From Convolutriloba macropyga (Eukaryota), in contig NC_134476.1 of assembly GCF_964194025.1 (NCBI RefSeq), forward strand, positions 8,928,001-8,992,000: DNA of 64,000 nucleotides, read 5' to 3'. A program made the position numbers and the translations under genes. This document shows, piece by piece, positions 48,941 through 60,212 of the stretch (within the stretch, counting starts at the first letter, position 1; the number at the start of each line of letters is the position of its first letter). Under the pieces are notes generated by a model. That model made no database searches, was not told the DNA's origin, and worked only from the letters and a program-made list of their open reading frames with translations.

Positions 48941-50388
48941 GAACTCCTTTCGAGATAATGAAACTAATTTTGCACATTTTTGACTTTTAGTTGTGACGAA
49001 CCGTCTCCTGATTTCAGCTTGTTAAAATTGTGAAGAAAAGCGCCACTTAGAGCCTCAAAAGTGAAAACTTCAAGAACTGAGAATCAATCGAAAAGTAGGG
49101 TACAGTCAATTGAATTGTAACTTCAATCAGAGGTCAAGCGAAGACTTTGCATATACAGACACACTACAAAAGTTTCTTCAAATTTGTCCGAAAAAAAGTA
49201 AAAGGGCAAAGACTTTTTGTACCTCTTTGCAAAGAACACAACATTTTTTAAAATAAAAAGGTGGCCTAGTAACTAGTAATTTTTCGCTAAGAATATATTA
49301 TCTAAGTAGCCCGAGTGACTTAGTGCCCTGATACGAGGGCGCTTGCGCCAGAGTGCTGAACACAGGGCAAAGGGGGAGACTACGATTTGGTTCTAAAGTA
49401 TTCAGAGCGCCAAAGGGTACGAAAACGTTGAATTTCATCGGAAATTCAAATTGAGTACATATTGGCAGATTAAAGAGAAGTTTTCTTCTGAAAAATATAC
49501 AGGAGTTCAAATAAACAAAACGTCTCCGACAGCGAAGCAGCCGATTATTTATAACGCTTTGATTCAGTGTGAAGAGTCGCCCTAAACTTAAGTGTCCCAA
49601 ATTACTATTACTTCTTTAAGTCTAAGTTCAATCTTTCAAACTAGGCTCCCTGCCTCAAAGTTTTACTGACTGATCAAATCGCACTCTTTAGTAAAAATTT
49701 GTCTCCGAAGAAATGAACAACAAGCACTTAACTGAAGTCAGTTTAAGACTAAGTTTAAAACAAGAAAAAGATTACGATTAAATATGAACATCGAAATTTA
49801 ATTCCATTGAAAATTTAATGTTTGCCGTGAAATGTAATATGACCGCACAATGCCGTACCTCTGAGGTCAGTGAAAAATTGAGTGAATAAGGAAAAATATT
49901 AGGATAAAATATGAACATCAAAGTATTAATTACATTGAAACCATAAAGTTCGCCATGAAATGCAATGCCATATGACCGTAGCAATTGTGGTTTTTAGCTC
50001 TAATATTTCATTCGCGTTTAGATTATACTTGATAGTGCATAAAAAGAACCTTGAATTTGTCTCTGCAGAAATAAAGAACAAATGCTTACCTCAGAGGTGA
50101 GTTTAAAATTAAGTGAACAAGGACAAAGATTACGATTAAATATGAACAGCGAATAATAATATGAACAGCTAATAATTCCATTGAAAGCTTAAAATTTGCC
50201 GTGAAATGCAATGCCATATGACCGTTAAATTGTTAGTTTCTTCAGCTGGTGCCTTATAGAAATCAAATTCTGCCGCCACTGAGCTCAAATCTTGTGTCAG
50301 GGTCTAAAAAGTTATGGACGATACAAGCTCCATTTAGTAACATTTAAACAATTAAAGCTGCCTTTCGTCTTATTCTTATTTTATATAC

Positions 50389-50941
50389 CTGGTGGCGACT
50401 AGCCAACATCGCTCATTACACGCCATCATAGATGGCAGCAGCGTTTTCACCAACACTATCTGAGAGAAGTAGTTCAAATTCATCACATTTGGATGCACAT
50501 CGATCAATGTACTCTGCACACTGCCTCGACATCCTATTACTGCGTTGTTGACCAAACCATGCACAACTCCGAAGCAATTCAGAATTTCATTCGCCGTTGC
50601 CTCTACAGTGTCAAGTTTTCCAATGTCAGCTGTTACGATCGCAATGTCTTCTTTTCGTTTATCCGAACTTTCCAGTGCTTCCATCATCTCCTCTTTTAGC
50701 GTTTCCAATAACTCTTTTCGCCGAGCAACTAAAATTACTTTTGCTCCACAATCAAAACATAGTTTGGCTATTTCCTTTCCAATGCCAGAACTAGCGCCGG
50801 TGACGCAAACAACTTTCCCTTGAAGCTTCGCTATCAATTGCTTACGACTTACTGATCCAAAAAGACTTTGTATGAGCACCAGAATGCTGACATCGCCATA
50901 AAGACTCCTCCCAATAAGGGAATGCAATCAAAGAAACACAT
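50389..50941 (-). pseudogene. Duplicated, frameshifted copy of the first DHRS7B coding exon
   Basis: 553 nt versus 554 nt (T6 to T5 deletion gives ...VFLDQ*); NNAG to NNAV and Q to P changes; splice signals retained. Confidence 0.85.
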
Positions 50942-52355
50942 CTGTCTGAAATATGTTAAACAGTACGATTACAAAAAAGGCATTCACCACAACAAACCGT
51001 TAAGACGAAAAAATTTAGAGCCTCAAAAGTGGAAACTTCAAGAACTGAGAATCAATCGAAAAGTAGGGTACAGTCAATTGAATTGTAACTTCAATCAGAG
51101 GTCAAGCGAAGACTTTGCATATACAGACACACTACAAAAGTTTCTTCAAATTTGTCCGAAAAAAAGTAAAAGGGCAAAGACTTTTTGTACCTCTTTGCAA
51201 AGAACACAACATTTTTTAAAATAAAAAGGTGGCCTAGTAACTAGTACTTTTTCGCTAAGAATATATTATCTAAGTAGCCCGAGTGACTTAGTGCCCTGAT
51301 ACGAGGGCGCTTGCGCCAGAGTGCTGAACACAGGGCAGAGGGAGACTACGATTTGGTTCTAAAGCATTAAGAGCGCCAAAGGGTACGAAAACGTTGAATT
51401 TCATCGGAAATTCAAATTGAGTACATATTGGCAGATTAAAGAGAAGTTTTCTTCTGAAAAATATACAGGAGTTCAAATAAACAAAACGTCTCCGACAGCG
51501 AAGCAGCCGATTATTTATAACGCTTTGATTCAGTGTGAAGAGTCGCCCTAAACTTAAGTGTCCCAAATTACTATTACTTCTTTAAGTCTAAGTTCAATCT
51601 TTCAAACTAGGCTCCCTGCCTCAAAGTTTTACTGACTGATCAAATCGCACTCTTTAGTAAAAATTTGTCTCCGAAGAAATGAAGAACAAACACTTAACTG
51701 AAGTCAGTTTAAGATTAAGTTTAAAACAAGAAAAAGATTACGATTAAATATGAACATCGAAATTTAATTCTATTGAAAATTTAATGTTTGCCGTGAAATG
51801 TAATATGACCGCACAATGCCGTACCTCTGAGGTCAGTGTAAAATTGAGTGAATAAGGAAAAAATATTAGGATGAAATATAAACATCAAAGTATTAATTAC
51901 ATTGAAACCATAAAATTCGCCATGAAATGCAATGCCATATGACCGTAGCAATTGTGGTTTTTAGCTCTAATATTTCATTCGCGTTTATATTATGCTTGAT
52001 AGTGCATAAAAAGAACCTTGAATTTGTCTCTGCAGAAATAAAGAACATATGCTTACCTCAGAGGTGAGTTTAAAATTAAGTGAACAAGGACAAAGATTAC
52101 GATTAAATATGAACAGCGAATAATAATATGAACAGCTAATAATTCCATTGAAAGCTTAAAATTTGCCGTGAAATGCAATGCCACATGACCGTTAAATTGT
52201 TAGTTTCTTCAGCTGGTGCCTTATAGAAATCAAATTCTGCCGCCACTGAGCTCAAATCTTGTGTCAGGGTCTAAAGTGTTATGGACGATACAAGCTCCAT
52301 TTAGTAACATTTAAACAAATAAAGCTGCCTTTCGTCTTATTCTTATTTTATATAC

Positions 52356-52909
52356 CTGGTGGCGACTATCCAACATCGCTCATTACACGCCATCATAGAT
52401 GGCAGCAGCGTTTTCACCAACACTATCTGAGAGAAGTAGTTCAAATTCATCACATTTTGATGCACATCGATCAATGTACTCTGCACACTGCCTCGACATC
52501 CTATTCCAGCGTTGTTGACCAAACCATGCACAACTCCGAAGCAATTCAGAATTTCATTCGCCGTTGCCTCTACAGTGTCAAGTTTTCCAAGGTCAGCTGT
52601 TACGATCGCAATGTCTTCTTTTCGTTTATCCGAACTTTCCAGTGCTTCCATCATCTCCTCTTTTAGCGTTTCCAATAGCTCTTTTCGCCGAGCAACTAAA
52701 ATTACTTTTGCTCCACAATCAAAACATAGTTTGGCTATTTCCTTTCCAATGCCGGAACTAGCGCCGGTGACGCAAACAACTTTCCCTTGAAGCTTCGCTA
52801 TCAATTGCTTACGACTTACTGATCCAAAAAAGACTTTGTATGAGCACCAGAATGCTGACATCGCCATAAAGACTCCTCCCAATAAGGGAATGCAATCAAA
52901 GAAACACAT
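52356..52909 (-). CDS. DHRS7B: DHRS7B-like short-chain dehydrogenase/reductase, first coding exon (spliced product 317 aa)
   Basis: N-terminal hydrophobic anchor, TGASSGIG Rossmann motif, ARR basic residues, NNAG; donor ag|gtatat in phase 2 fits the next exon. Confidence 0.92.
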
Positions 52910-53699
52910 CTGTCTGAAATATGTTAAACAGTACGATTACAAAAAAGGCATTCACCACAACAAACCGTTAAGACGAAAAAACTTCACGGATTTTGTAAAT
53001 CGACGTTCTTCAGTTTGCTCAAAATCCACAAGTTTGTTACAGAATTCTGGATTTTGTTCAGATTTCACATTTAAATTTTGATTGACAAAAATCAAAACAA
53101 GCATCCAAATTCATTGTTTTGACTATTGCAACTGTATATATATCTTTGGTAAACTAAAGAGCAAATAATTTGGACCAACAAACTGCTCATGACACGCTTT
53201 ATTCTTGTGCTGTTTCCTCTGAACCTGATTGCCTCCCATTCTAGGCAAGTCTGAAGAGATCGAAATGAATTCAGTACATAAATGTAGAAACTAGACTGTT
53301 TTTTTTCTACAAGCAACTGGCATTACTTTGACGAAGCCCTAAAAATTAATGACAATATATGGCGAAAAAACCAATATCGGAAAAATTTCCGAGGATAGAA
53401 ACAACAAATGGCGAGATAATCTTCAAAAAAGAAAGACATTAACGGAACTTTACTTGAAATGAAAAAAAAACAAGACCTCATTACGAAAAAACTATCAAAA
53501 CATACGAACAACCTGCGCACAGCCAGCTCGAATGCATTGGCAAAAATTACAAAGAAAACACGCCAATGCGCCCTGTTTTATCTATTACTGAAGCTCTTAT
53601 CACAATTTAAACACTTTTTTTTACTCCACTTTATTGAAAAGGTGCCGGGAGCCAACATCGAAACTTCGAGGCTTATAGCTAGACAAAAACGAACATCTG

Positions 53700-55400
53700 G
53701 AGCTTGAGGCAAATTGACTTTAGATTAAAAAAAGGTATTACACCAATGTCCCCGTCTCGGAAGAATCGAAATTGCTCTACGATGTCTTTACTCCAGTGAC
53801 AACCCTCCCGATGTTGGAAGATCGACACTTAATCTCCTCCTCAAACAAGCAGTGACAAAATGTTCATTTTAAAAGAAATGGTAACTGGTACTGTCAAAAA
53901 GACGGTCTAGCAATTGGGACTTCACTGGCAGTTCTCTTGAATGAATGAAAAACATGGACTAGCCCTCCTGGATATGTCAGTCTACGTTGATGAACAAAAA
54001 AGTCTCTTGTAAATGATATCAGAAGCCAACAGACAATGGAACAATTCTAAACTTCCGTTTCTTAGCTCTGCTACCCCCAGCATAAAAGAAGTATTGTAGA
54101 ATGTACATTCCATAGGTTTTTTCGATCTACAAGCCACAGGCATTACTTTGACGAAGCCCCAAAAATTAATAAAGTATGGTGAAAAAACCAATATCCGAAA
54201 AATTGGTCGTGTTGCATTGTTAATCAGACAATTGGAAAAATTTTGTGTGAATATAAAAACCGCAAAAACAGCAGCGGAACACAATTTAAACAAACCTATG
54301 CAGAAAGACACAACCAAGCATTTTGTTCGTGTAGAGGCCATTAAGCATTAGATTCAAGAAAAAACTGCAAAAGATAACGCGTCTTACAGTGATCTACACA
54401 AAACTTAAACTAAAAATATATTTATCATCCTTAAAGTCCAGTTTTGGCCAGCATCTAAAATTGCATGTGGTACACGAAATAACTTGTACTGGATGCAATT
54501 ACACCTATGTCGGGCAAATTTGCAGACATATAACCACTCGGCTAGCAGAGCATCAAAAAAAGAACTCACTAATAGGTCAGCATGTAAGCAAAAGCTGTGG
54601 CACATCACGAGCTTTTGACTGTCGTATACTAGGTAAGGGCAAACTGCCACAAAACTCATTACTCTCGAACCGTTACAAATAGCACAAAGGAAGCCAATGC
54701 TGAACACGGGTGACGAGTACCGTAGCCAGAAGTTGACATTCAAATACTAGTACTCAATTCGAAAACTGCTTTCCATTGAATCAAAAAATTGAAAATCTGC
54801 AAAGCTACAGAGCCTGTAGAAAGTCATTAAGAACTTCAAAAACCTAAATTCAATTATCTGGAATTAGAAATTCAAAAATACTGATAAAACGAAATTTCAG
54901 AAATCTTTGTTTTTAACAAGTGACAATATTCCTAGAATCGTTTATTTTATTTTTTCGTTTATTATGTGAACTAAAATCGTTTTTGTAACTAGAATAAATT
55001 GAAGTTGCATTTTAGCTGATGATGCTAGATATAGCATCATCAAGTTAGAAGCAACTTAAAGTTTTTCTTTTTACAACTATACATATGTAAATACACATAA
55101 TAAAGAGAAAGTGTAGAGAGTCAAAAAAAGCTTCAAAAACCTAAATTCAATGATCTGGAATAAAAAATTAAAAACAAACTTGAAAACTAAATTTTAAAGC
55201 TTTTGTTTTTAACAATAAATAGTATTTCGACAAAGTTTTATTTTTCTGTTTTGTTCACAATGTGAATTTAAATCTTTTTTAATTGTACATTGAATAACTT
55301 TTAGTTGCATTTTAGTTGATGCTGCTAGATACATCGAAACCTTTTTATTGTAATTAGAAAATTTTTACTTTAAAGGTTTCATTTGACTTAATTGTTTGAC
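53700..55400 (+). mobile_element. Decayed Penelope-like element (RT remnant, GIY-YIG, two ~250-300-bp terminal repeats)
   Basis: YTNVP...IEIALRCLYSSDNPP...WYCQKDGLAIGTSLAV; VVHEITCTGCNYTYVGQICRHITTRLAEHQKK; tandem repeats at ~54830-55075 and ~55127-55375. Confidence 0.85.
55005..55345 (+). ncRNA. Two degenerate hammerhead-ribozyme-like motifs in the Penelope terminal repeats
   Basis: CTGATGA-tgcta-gata-tagca-tc at 55016 (GAAA lost); ttgatgc-tgctagatacatc-GAAAC at 55316-55340. Confidence 0.45.
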
Positions 55401-55560
55401 CATTTGATATATAAAACAAACTCTTTTGAACTTTAAATTCATCGTAAGTTTAAAACTGTTTCACCGATAAAAACAATAAAAATAGTAATAATAATAAAAA
55501 TATTAAAAATAGTAACAATCATTTGAAAATTAAAAATAATATTATTAAAAAGAATAGTAA

Positions 55561-55693
55561 NNNNNNNNNNNNNNNNNNNNNNNNNNNNNNNNNNNNNNNN
55601 NNNNNNNNNNNNNNNNNNNNNNNNNNNNNNNNNNNNNNNNNNNNNNNNNNNNNNNNNNNNNNNNNNNNNNNNNNNNNNNNNNNNNNNNNNNNN
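55561..55693. other. Assembly gap flanked by AAT-rich low-complexity sequence
   Basis: Run of N. Confidence 1.
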
Positions 55694-55729
55694 CATTGTT
55701 AATAATAATAAGTATAATACAAGAATTAG

Positions 55730-57610
55730 GCAATAGCCAAGGGAAATTTTTAAGGTCAGAATAGGCTTTCTAGTGGACAGGCGTTGCCTCTGGGACCTCC
55801 ACCATCGTGCCATTCCTCATCTCGAATTATTGCGTGGAGGACAGCCAAGTGCTTGTCTAGTATTCTTTTGAAGGGGTTTAGACTGTGGCTGACCTAGCAT
55901 TTGTTGGCAGATTGTTCCAGTTTTTAAACGCTCCTACAGCAAAGCAGTTCCCTCTGCTTTCGATTCTCGTTTTTTCCGACATAACTTTCTTCTAGTTTAA
56001 CTTTCTGGCTTTAAGCTCAAAACATTTGTCACTTGCACTGCTACTGTAAGAGTGGTTTGTTAGCTTGTACATTTTTCTCATGGCGCCTTTTTCCGTCTGC
56101 AAGCAAGGGTTGCAAGATGTATTAACCTTAGTTTTGATTCATGGACCATTTCTCTCAATTGGCTGACAAATTTCGTGGCTCTCCTTTGGGCAATCTTGAT
56201 CAAGTTGACAAGTTTTCTCATGTACGGGTACCAGATTTGATTGCAATATTCAAGAAGGGGTCGAATGACCGACTTGTAAATACTTCTGGAAATTTCTACT
56301 CTGATGTCGCAGAACCGCTTTTTTTGTTAGGGCAATGATTCCATTGGACCTTTTAACTTTGGCATTAGTATGTTTGGCAAAGTCTAGTTAGTTGTTTATG
56401 CTGAGACTCAAATCTTTTTCCGTGTTGGCTATTTTCAAATTAACGCCCTTTGGGGGCGTGCGCGCTGGTTGACAAAAATTTGGCGCTGGGGATTGACGCA
56501 TTTATTTTCGTGAAATTGCAATAGAGCTTACCGCAACCACCTTTCAAGGCCTTTGAGATCCTCTTATAGAACTGTTTTGCGTTCCTTGGTGTCAGTCCAA
56601 CCGTAGAGCTGGGCGCCTTCGGCGAAGAGTAGAATGTGTTACTTGAGTTTCTCTCCAATAGTTTTTTTGTGGAAGATGAACAATATCGCTCTAGAACGGA
56701 ACCAATTAAAACGTCACACCATAAAGAACTGCTCCCGTTGACTAAAACTCTCTGTTTCCTTCCCGTAAGGGAACCCTGGATCCAATTGGATCTGTTTCCA
56801 GAGAAAACAATTGATTTCTTTTTAGCGAGAATTTGTCGTTGAGGGACTCTGTCAAAATGGTTTTCTCAATTCTATTCAAATCACATCAGTGTCTTAACTT
56901 ATATCCATATTGTCAGTCCATTGGTCAATTGCGTTGAAGAGTTGGAGTTCGGTCTATTTGCCGGTTAAAAATCCAAACTACATTTTATCGAATCTTTTAC
57001 TGTGGCTGAGATTTGACATAATTTCCTCACGGTTTATTCTCCCCATAATCTTGCAGCTCGCTAATTTTAGGCTTCGATGTCTGTCGTTTTCAAGGTTAGA
57101 TCTTTTTCTTTTCTTGTAGTTGGCCGATATTTCCGCCTCCTAGCAGTCATTTGGTATTTTGCCTGTGTTCCATGTGTGCTGAAAAATATGAGACAGTGGT
57201 TCCTCAATGTAACTTTTGACTTCATTTCATCACTGATCAGTTCACGCCGATCCTCTTGTCGTTGTCTCTCTTCCAGTCGGTTTATTAAAGAGGACATCCT
57301 GCCATGAATTTTTAAGAGACCTGCATAACTGTTTCTATCTTTCCCATGGTCGCTCCAAGGTTTTTCTTCATTTGTTGGAGAAAGGATCACTATCGGTGTT
57401 TGCTTTCTCTGCAACGATCAGTTTTTTACTGTCTTGGTACAGCTAGCACAGCACCAAAGCAACGCAAACTGCGTCACGTGTTGATAGACTGCATCGCTCA
57501 TTCCAAGACTTTGAGCACTCAGGTGTTTTATACAGCTTTCAAATTCCATCACTTGGTTATCGGGATGAACGACTGCTCTTTTGCAGAGGTTGCCATTCTA
57601 AGCTTCCTTG
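55730..57610 (-). mobile_element. CR1/L2-like LINE, internally deleted copy 1
   Basis: RT remnants (EPLSHIFQHTWNTGKIP; DFDRVP; WIQGSLTGRKQRV; YKSVIRPLLEYCN.IW.P) joined at ~57230 to an ORF1 PHD-like region (C..C.KHLSAQ.LGMSDA). Confidence 0.85.
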
Positions 57611-57619
57611 CTTACTGAT

Positions 57620-58480
57620 AGCGAGTTTTTCCCTTTCCGTCTCAGATTCTCGGATTCCCCATCTTTGTGTAGTAAGTTTGATCCAGCCAAGCGCTCTAAG
57701 ATAATGAAGTCTCAAGAACACTCTATGCTAGATTACCGATCACTTGATTACCGATCTCTAGGGGCGCTTTGTTTTTTCCCTCGCTTTCTGTGCTTTTTCC
57801 TAGTTTGTATGCTCTTCTTTTTGTTTCCGGAGCGTTTCTTTTTCAAAATATTCCGAATATGATGTTGATTTGTCAGAAAGATTTCGGCATTTGGGTGTTC
57901 GGAGATTAACATTGGGTGAAATTGGCGGAATTTGGTGCCTTTATTGTGGTCCTTCTGTTTTCTCTTGTAAATCAGATTTTCTCTGATGTTTACGTCAAGT
58001 CCTCTCAGCTGATTGAAGATGTCTGCCGATCCAATTCGTCTCACGTACAGGATAACAGATAATTTGTGTTGGATTCTCTTTGACGTCAATGATGTTGATG
58101 TCAAGCCTTCTCAGCTGATCAAAGATGTCGGCCGTCCAATTCGTTTTGCTTACAGAATAGCAGATAATCTGTGCTGGTTTCTCTTGAGTATATTAAGCAG
58201 TTTCCACGTAGGGCAGAATATTGTGTATTTCATTCGATCGTAAAACACAGTGCCGAAAACGCCGTGCCAGAGGAAGATTTCTTTCCGGCCTTTTTAACAG
58301 TCCTGGTCGATGAAGTTCTGAAGAATCCTCTTGTTTTTTGCTCGTGGGTTCAAGAGTTGGCCACCAAGTGCAAAACCGTGCCTTGTAATCTCTTTCTCTT
58401 CAGGATATCTTTCTTGGTCACTGTTTATGGGGTCGAGGGCGTTCCATAAGGATGAAGCACCAATTTGATTCAACATCAAG
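57620..58480 (-). pseudogene. Unidentified decayed coding sequence with an internal ~36-aa repeat
   Basis: KRIQHKLSVILYVRRIGSADIFNQLRGLDV versus KRNQHRLSAIL*AKRIG.ADIFDQLRRLDI; basic tail. Confidence 0.4.
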
Positions 58481-59599
58481 TGACGTTTTAAACTAGAGAA
58501 GTTGGAAAATTAGTTCCCAAATCAAATTTAGCAGTCACTTCAATTCAATTTTTTGATGTATCTACAATCAGTTCAGTCCAAAGTCAATCTCAAGGATTAA
58601 ATATCAATCTCTTCAAAACTGCGGTTGAAATAGCTCAGATAGGCCTTCGAAGGTTTCGTCTTATTTTTACAGAGCTCGGCCTTATCATCACCAATTTATA
58701 GTCCAAAGAAGTTGATTAAAGTCGTGGCTAGCAGCCAAAAAACTCATTATTGCTTGTTCATCTTATTTTTATTTCTTTGCAACGGTTTCGTACTGATATC
58801 CTTCTTTTATCACTCTTAACAATTTCCACACTGACTTTCCTGTCTATCCGAAGCTTGGCGCTGACATTCGGAAAAAAAATTAGTAGAACATGTAACTCAT
58901 GATAGAGAGACACAAGAAGTAGCTTCAATTTCTAGATTCTTTATTAATAGCCAACGGGACTGTATTTTAAAATCTATTTTGAAGCAATCAAAAAATTTTA
59001 GGTTTGTAGGTCGTTTTTGAAGTTTTCCGCGAAATTGATTCAAAGCACAAAATCGATACGATATAGCCCTTGTAGATATACAAGCGTGTATAACTGACTG
59101 CTGAGTCACATATATTGCGTCTGATCCAACAGAAAGTTGTGATGGCATTAACGCAAAGAAATTTTACTTGTGAAGTCCATGTCAAAGAACTGTGAACCAT
59201 GAGGTTTAAACCTTTGAGTTGAGGCTTGAGTCTTGAGGCTTGAGTTGCACGCCTAAGTCCTTTATCTTTAATCGTTAAAGGGTAAAATGAAATTGTATTT
59301 ACATTGGTTTTAGACCATAAGTGAAACGATTCTAGGAACTATCCTCTGTATTTTTAGGGTAATTATCTCTCTTTTTGGTGGTTTTGCAAATTTCTTCTTG
59401 TCAAGCAAAATATTTGGATCCTTTCTGATCCGCCCCCACTCCGTGTTTTTTATGGCCACCAGAGTTACCAATTTTTTGTTGTTATTTTGCACCTCACTAA
59501 TTAAAGATCTTGCAAGTGCACCCCGGGGTAATAAAACATATACTCTCACTAGGCTGGGACGCCGAAACAGACTAGATCCAAATATTTTTTGCCCTATTT

Positions 59600-60210
59600 T
59601 TCTTTTCCCAAGACAAAATTATCATTTGAGCTGTTAGTTTAGCGTGAGTTCCCAACACTATGTTCATCGAGTGCGTTTATTCCCAGCTTCAATTTGTTGA
59701 TGTATATAATTTCAATGGTGAAGAGTTTCTCTACTGTACGAGAGTCATCCAGAATTTTGCATTCAAAGTCATTCGTGGAGTGACTACATTCAACAAGACG
59801 GTGACCCATCAGTGAGCCCTTCTTTTGATGTTTTGATTTCCTAGTGGTAACATGCCGGTTTGTCTGCCCAACATAAATGGATCCACATCCATTACATTTT
59901 ACCTCATTAAACACGTGGAATTTCAGGTTTCTATCGAAAGATGATATTAGGGTAGGGAGACATGTTCTTACTTTTAGCGTTAAGAATACGACTTGCCAGT
60001 CACATTTTTTCTTCAGTTTTCTTCCAAAATTTAGTGTAAGGTTGCCTCTGTTTTGTAGAAAAGTTGATGGTTTATCATGAGATCTAGTCATGCTTAATTC
60101 GTGATCTTCTGGTGTTGTTTTCATTTGATCTCCCGGCCAATTAATATCTTTTCTAAGTTTTGCTTCACTTTTTTGGAAGACCATTCATCTGGATACTAAT
60201 TTTCGGACCA
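59600..60210 (-). mobile_element. Penelope-like GIY-YIG endonuclease fragment
   Basis: VFNEVKCNGCGSIYVGQTNRHVTTRKSKHQKK...KLFTIEIIYINKLKLGINALDE. Confidence 0.85.
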
Positions 60211-60212
60211 GC

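Larger units (their letters stand above)
49047..52981. repeat. Tandem duplication of a ~1968-bp unit (49047-51014 and 51015-52981)
   Basis: Both units start ttagagcctcaaaagtg and end ccgttaagacgaaaaaa; near-identical with scattered SNPs and 1-nt indels; each unit holds three ~120-bp internal repeats. Confidence 0.95.

Noticed and set aside
50376-50927. Second intact SDR gene (183-aa ORF)
   Set aside because: The ORF opens at a non-ATG codon in a shifted frame; it is the frameshifted duplicate exon.
49298-51566. Twin ORFs MGHLSLGRLF... and antisense ORFs over the SDR exons
   Set aside because: By-products of the tandem duplication and of antisense reading; no protein motifs.
15247-55813. ORFs spanning N runs and the many 60-110-aa K/N- or F/L-rich ORFs
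   Set aside because: Artefacts of assembly gaps and compositional skew within repeats.
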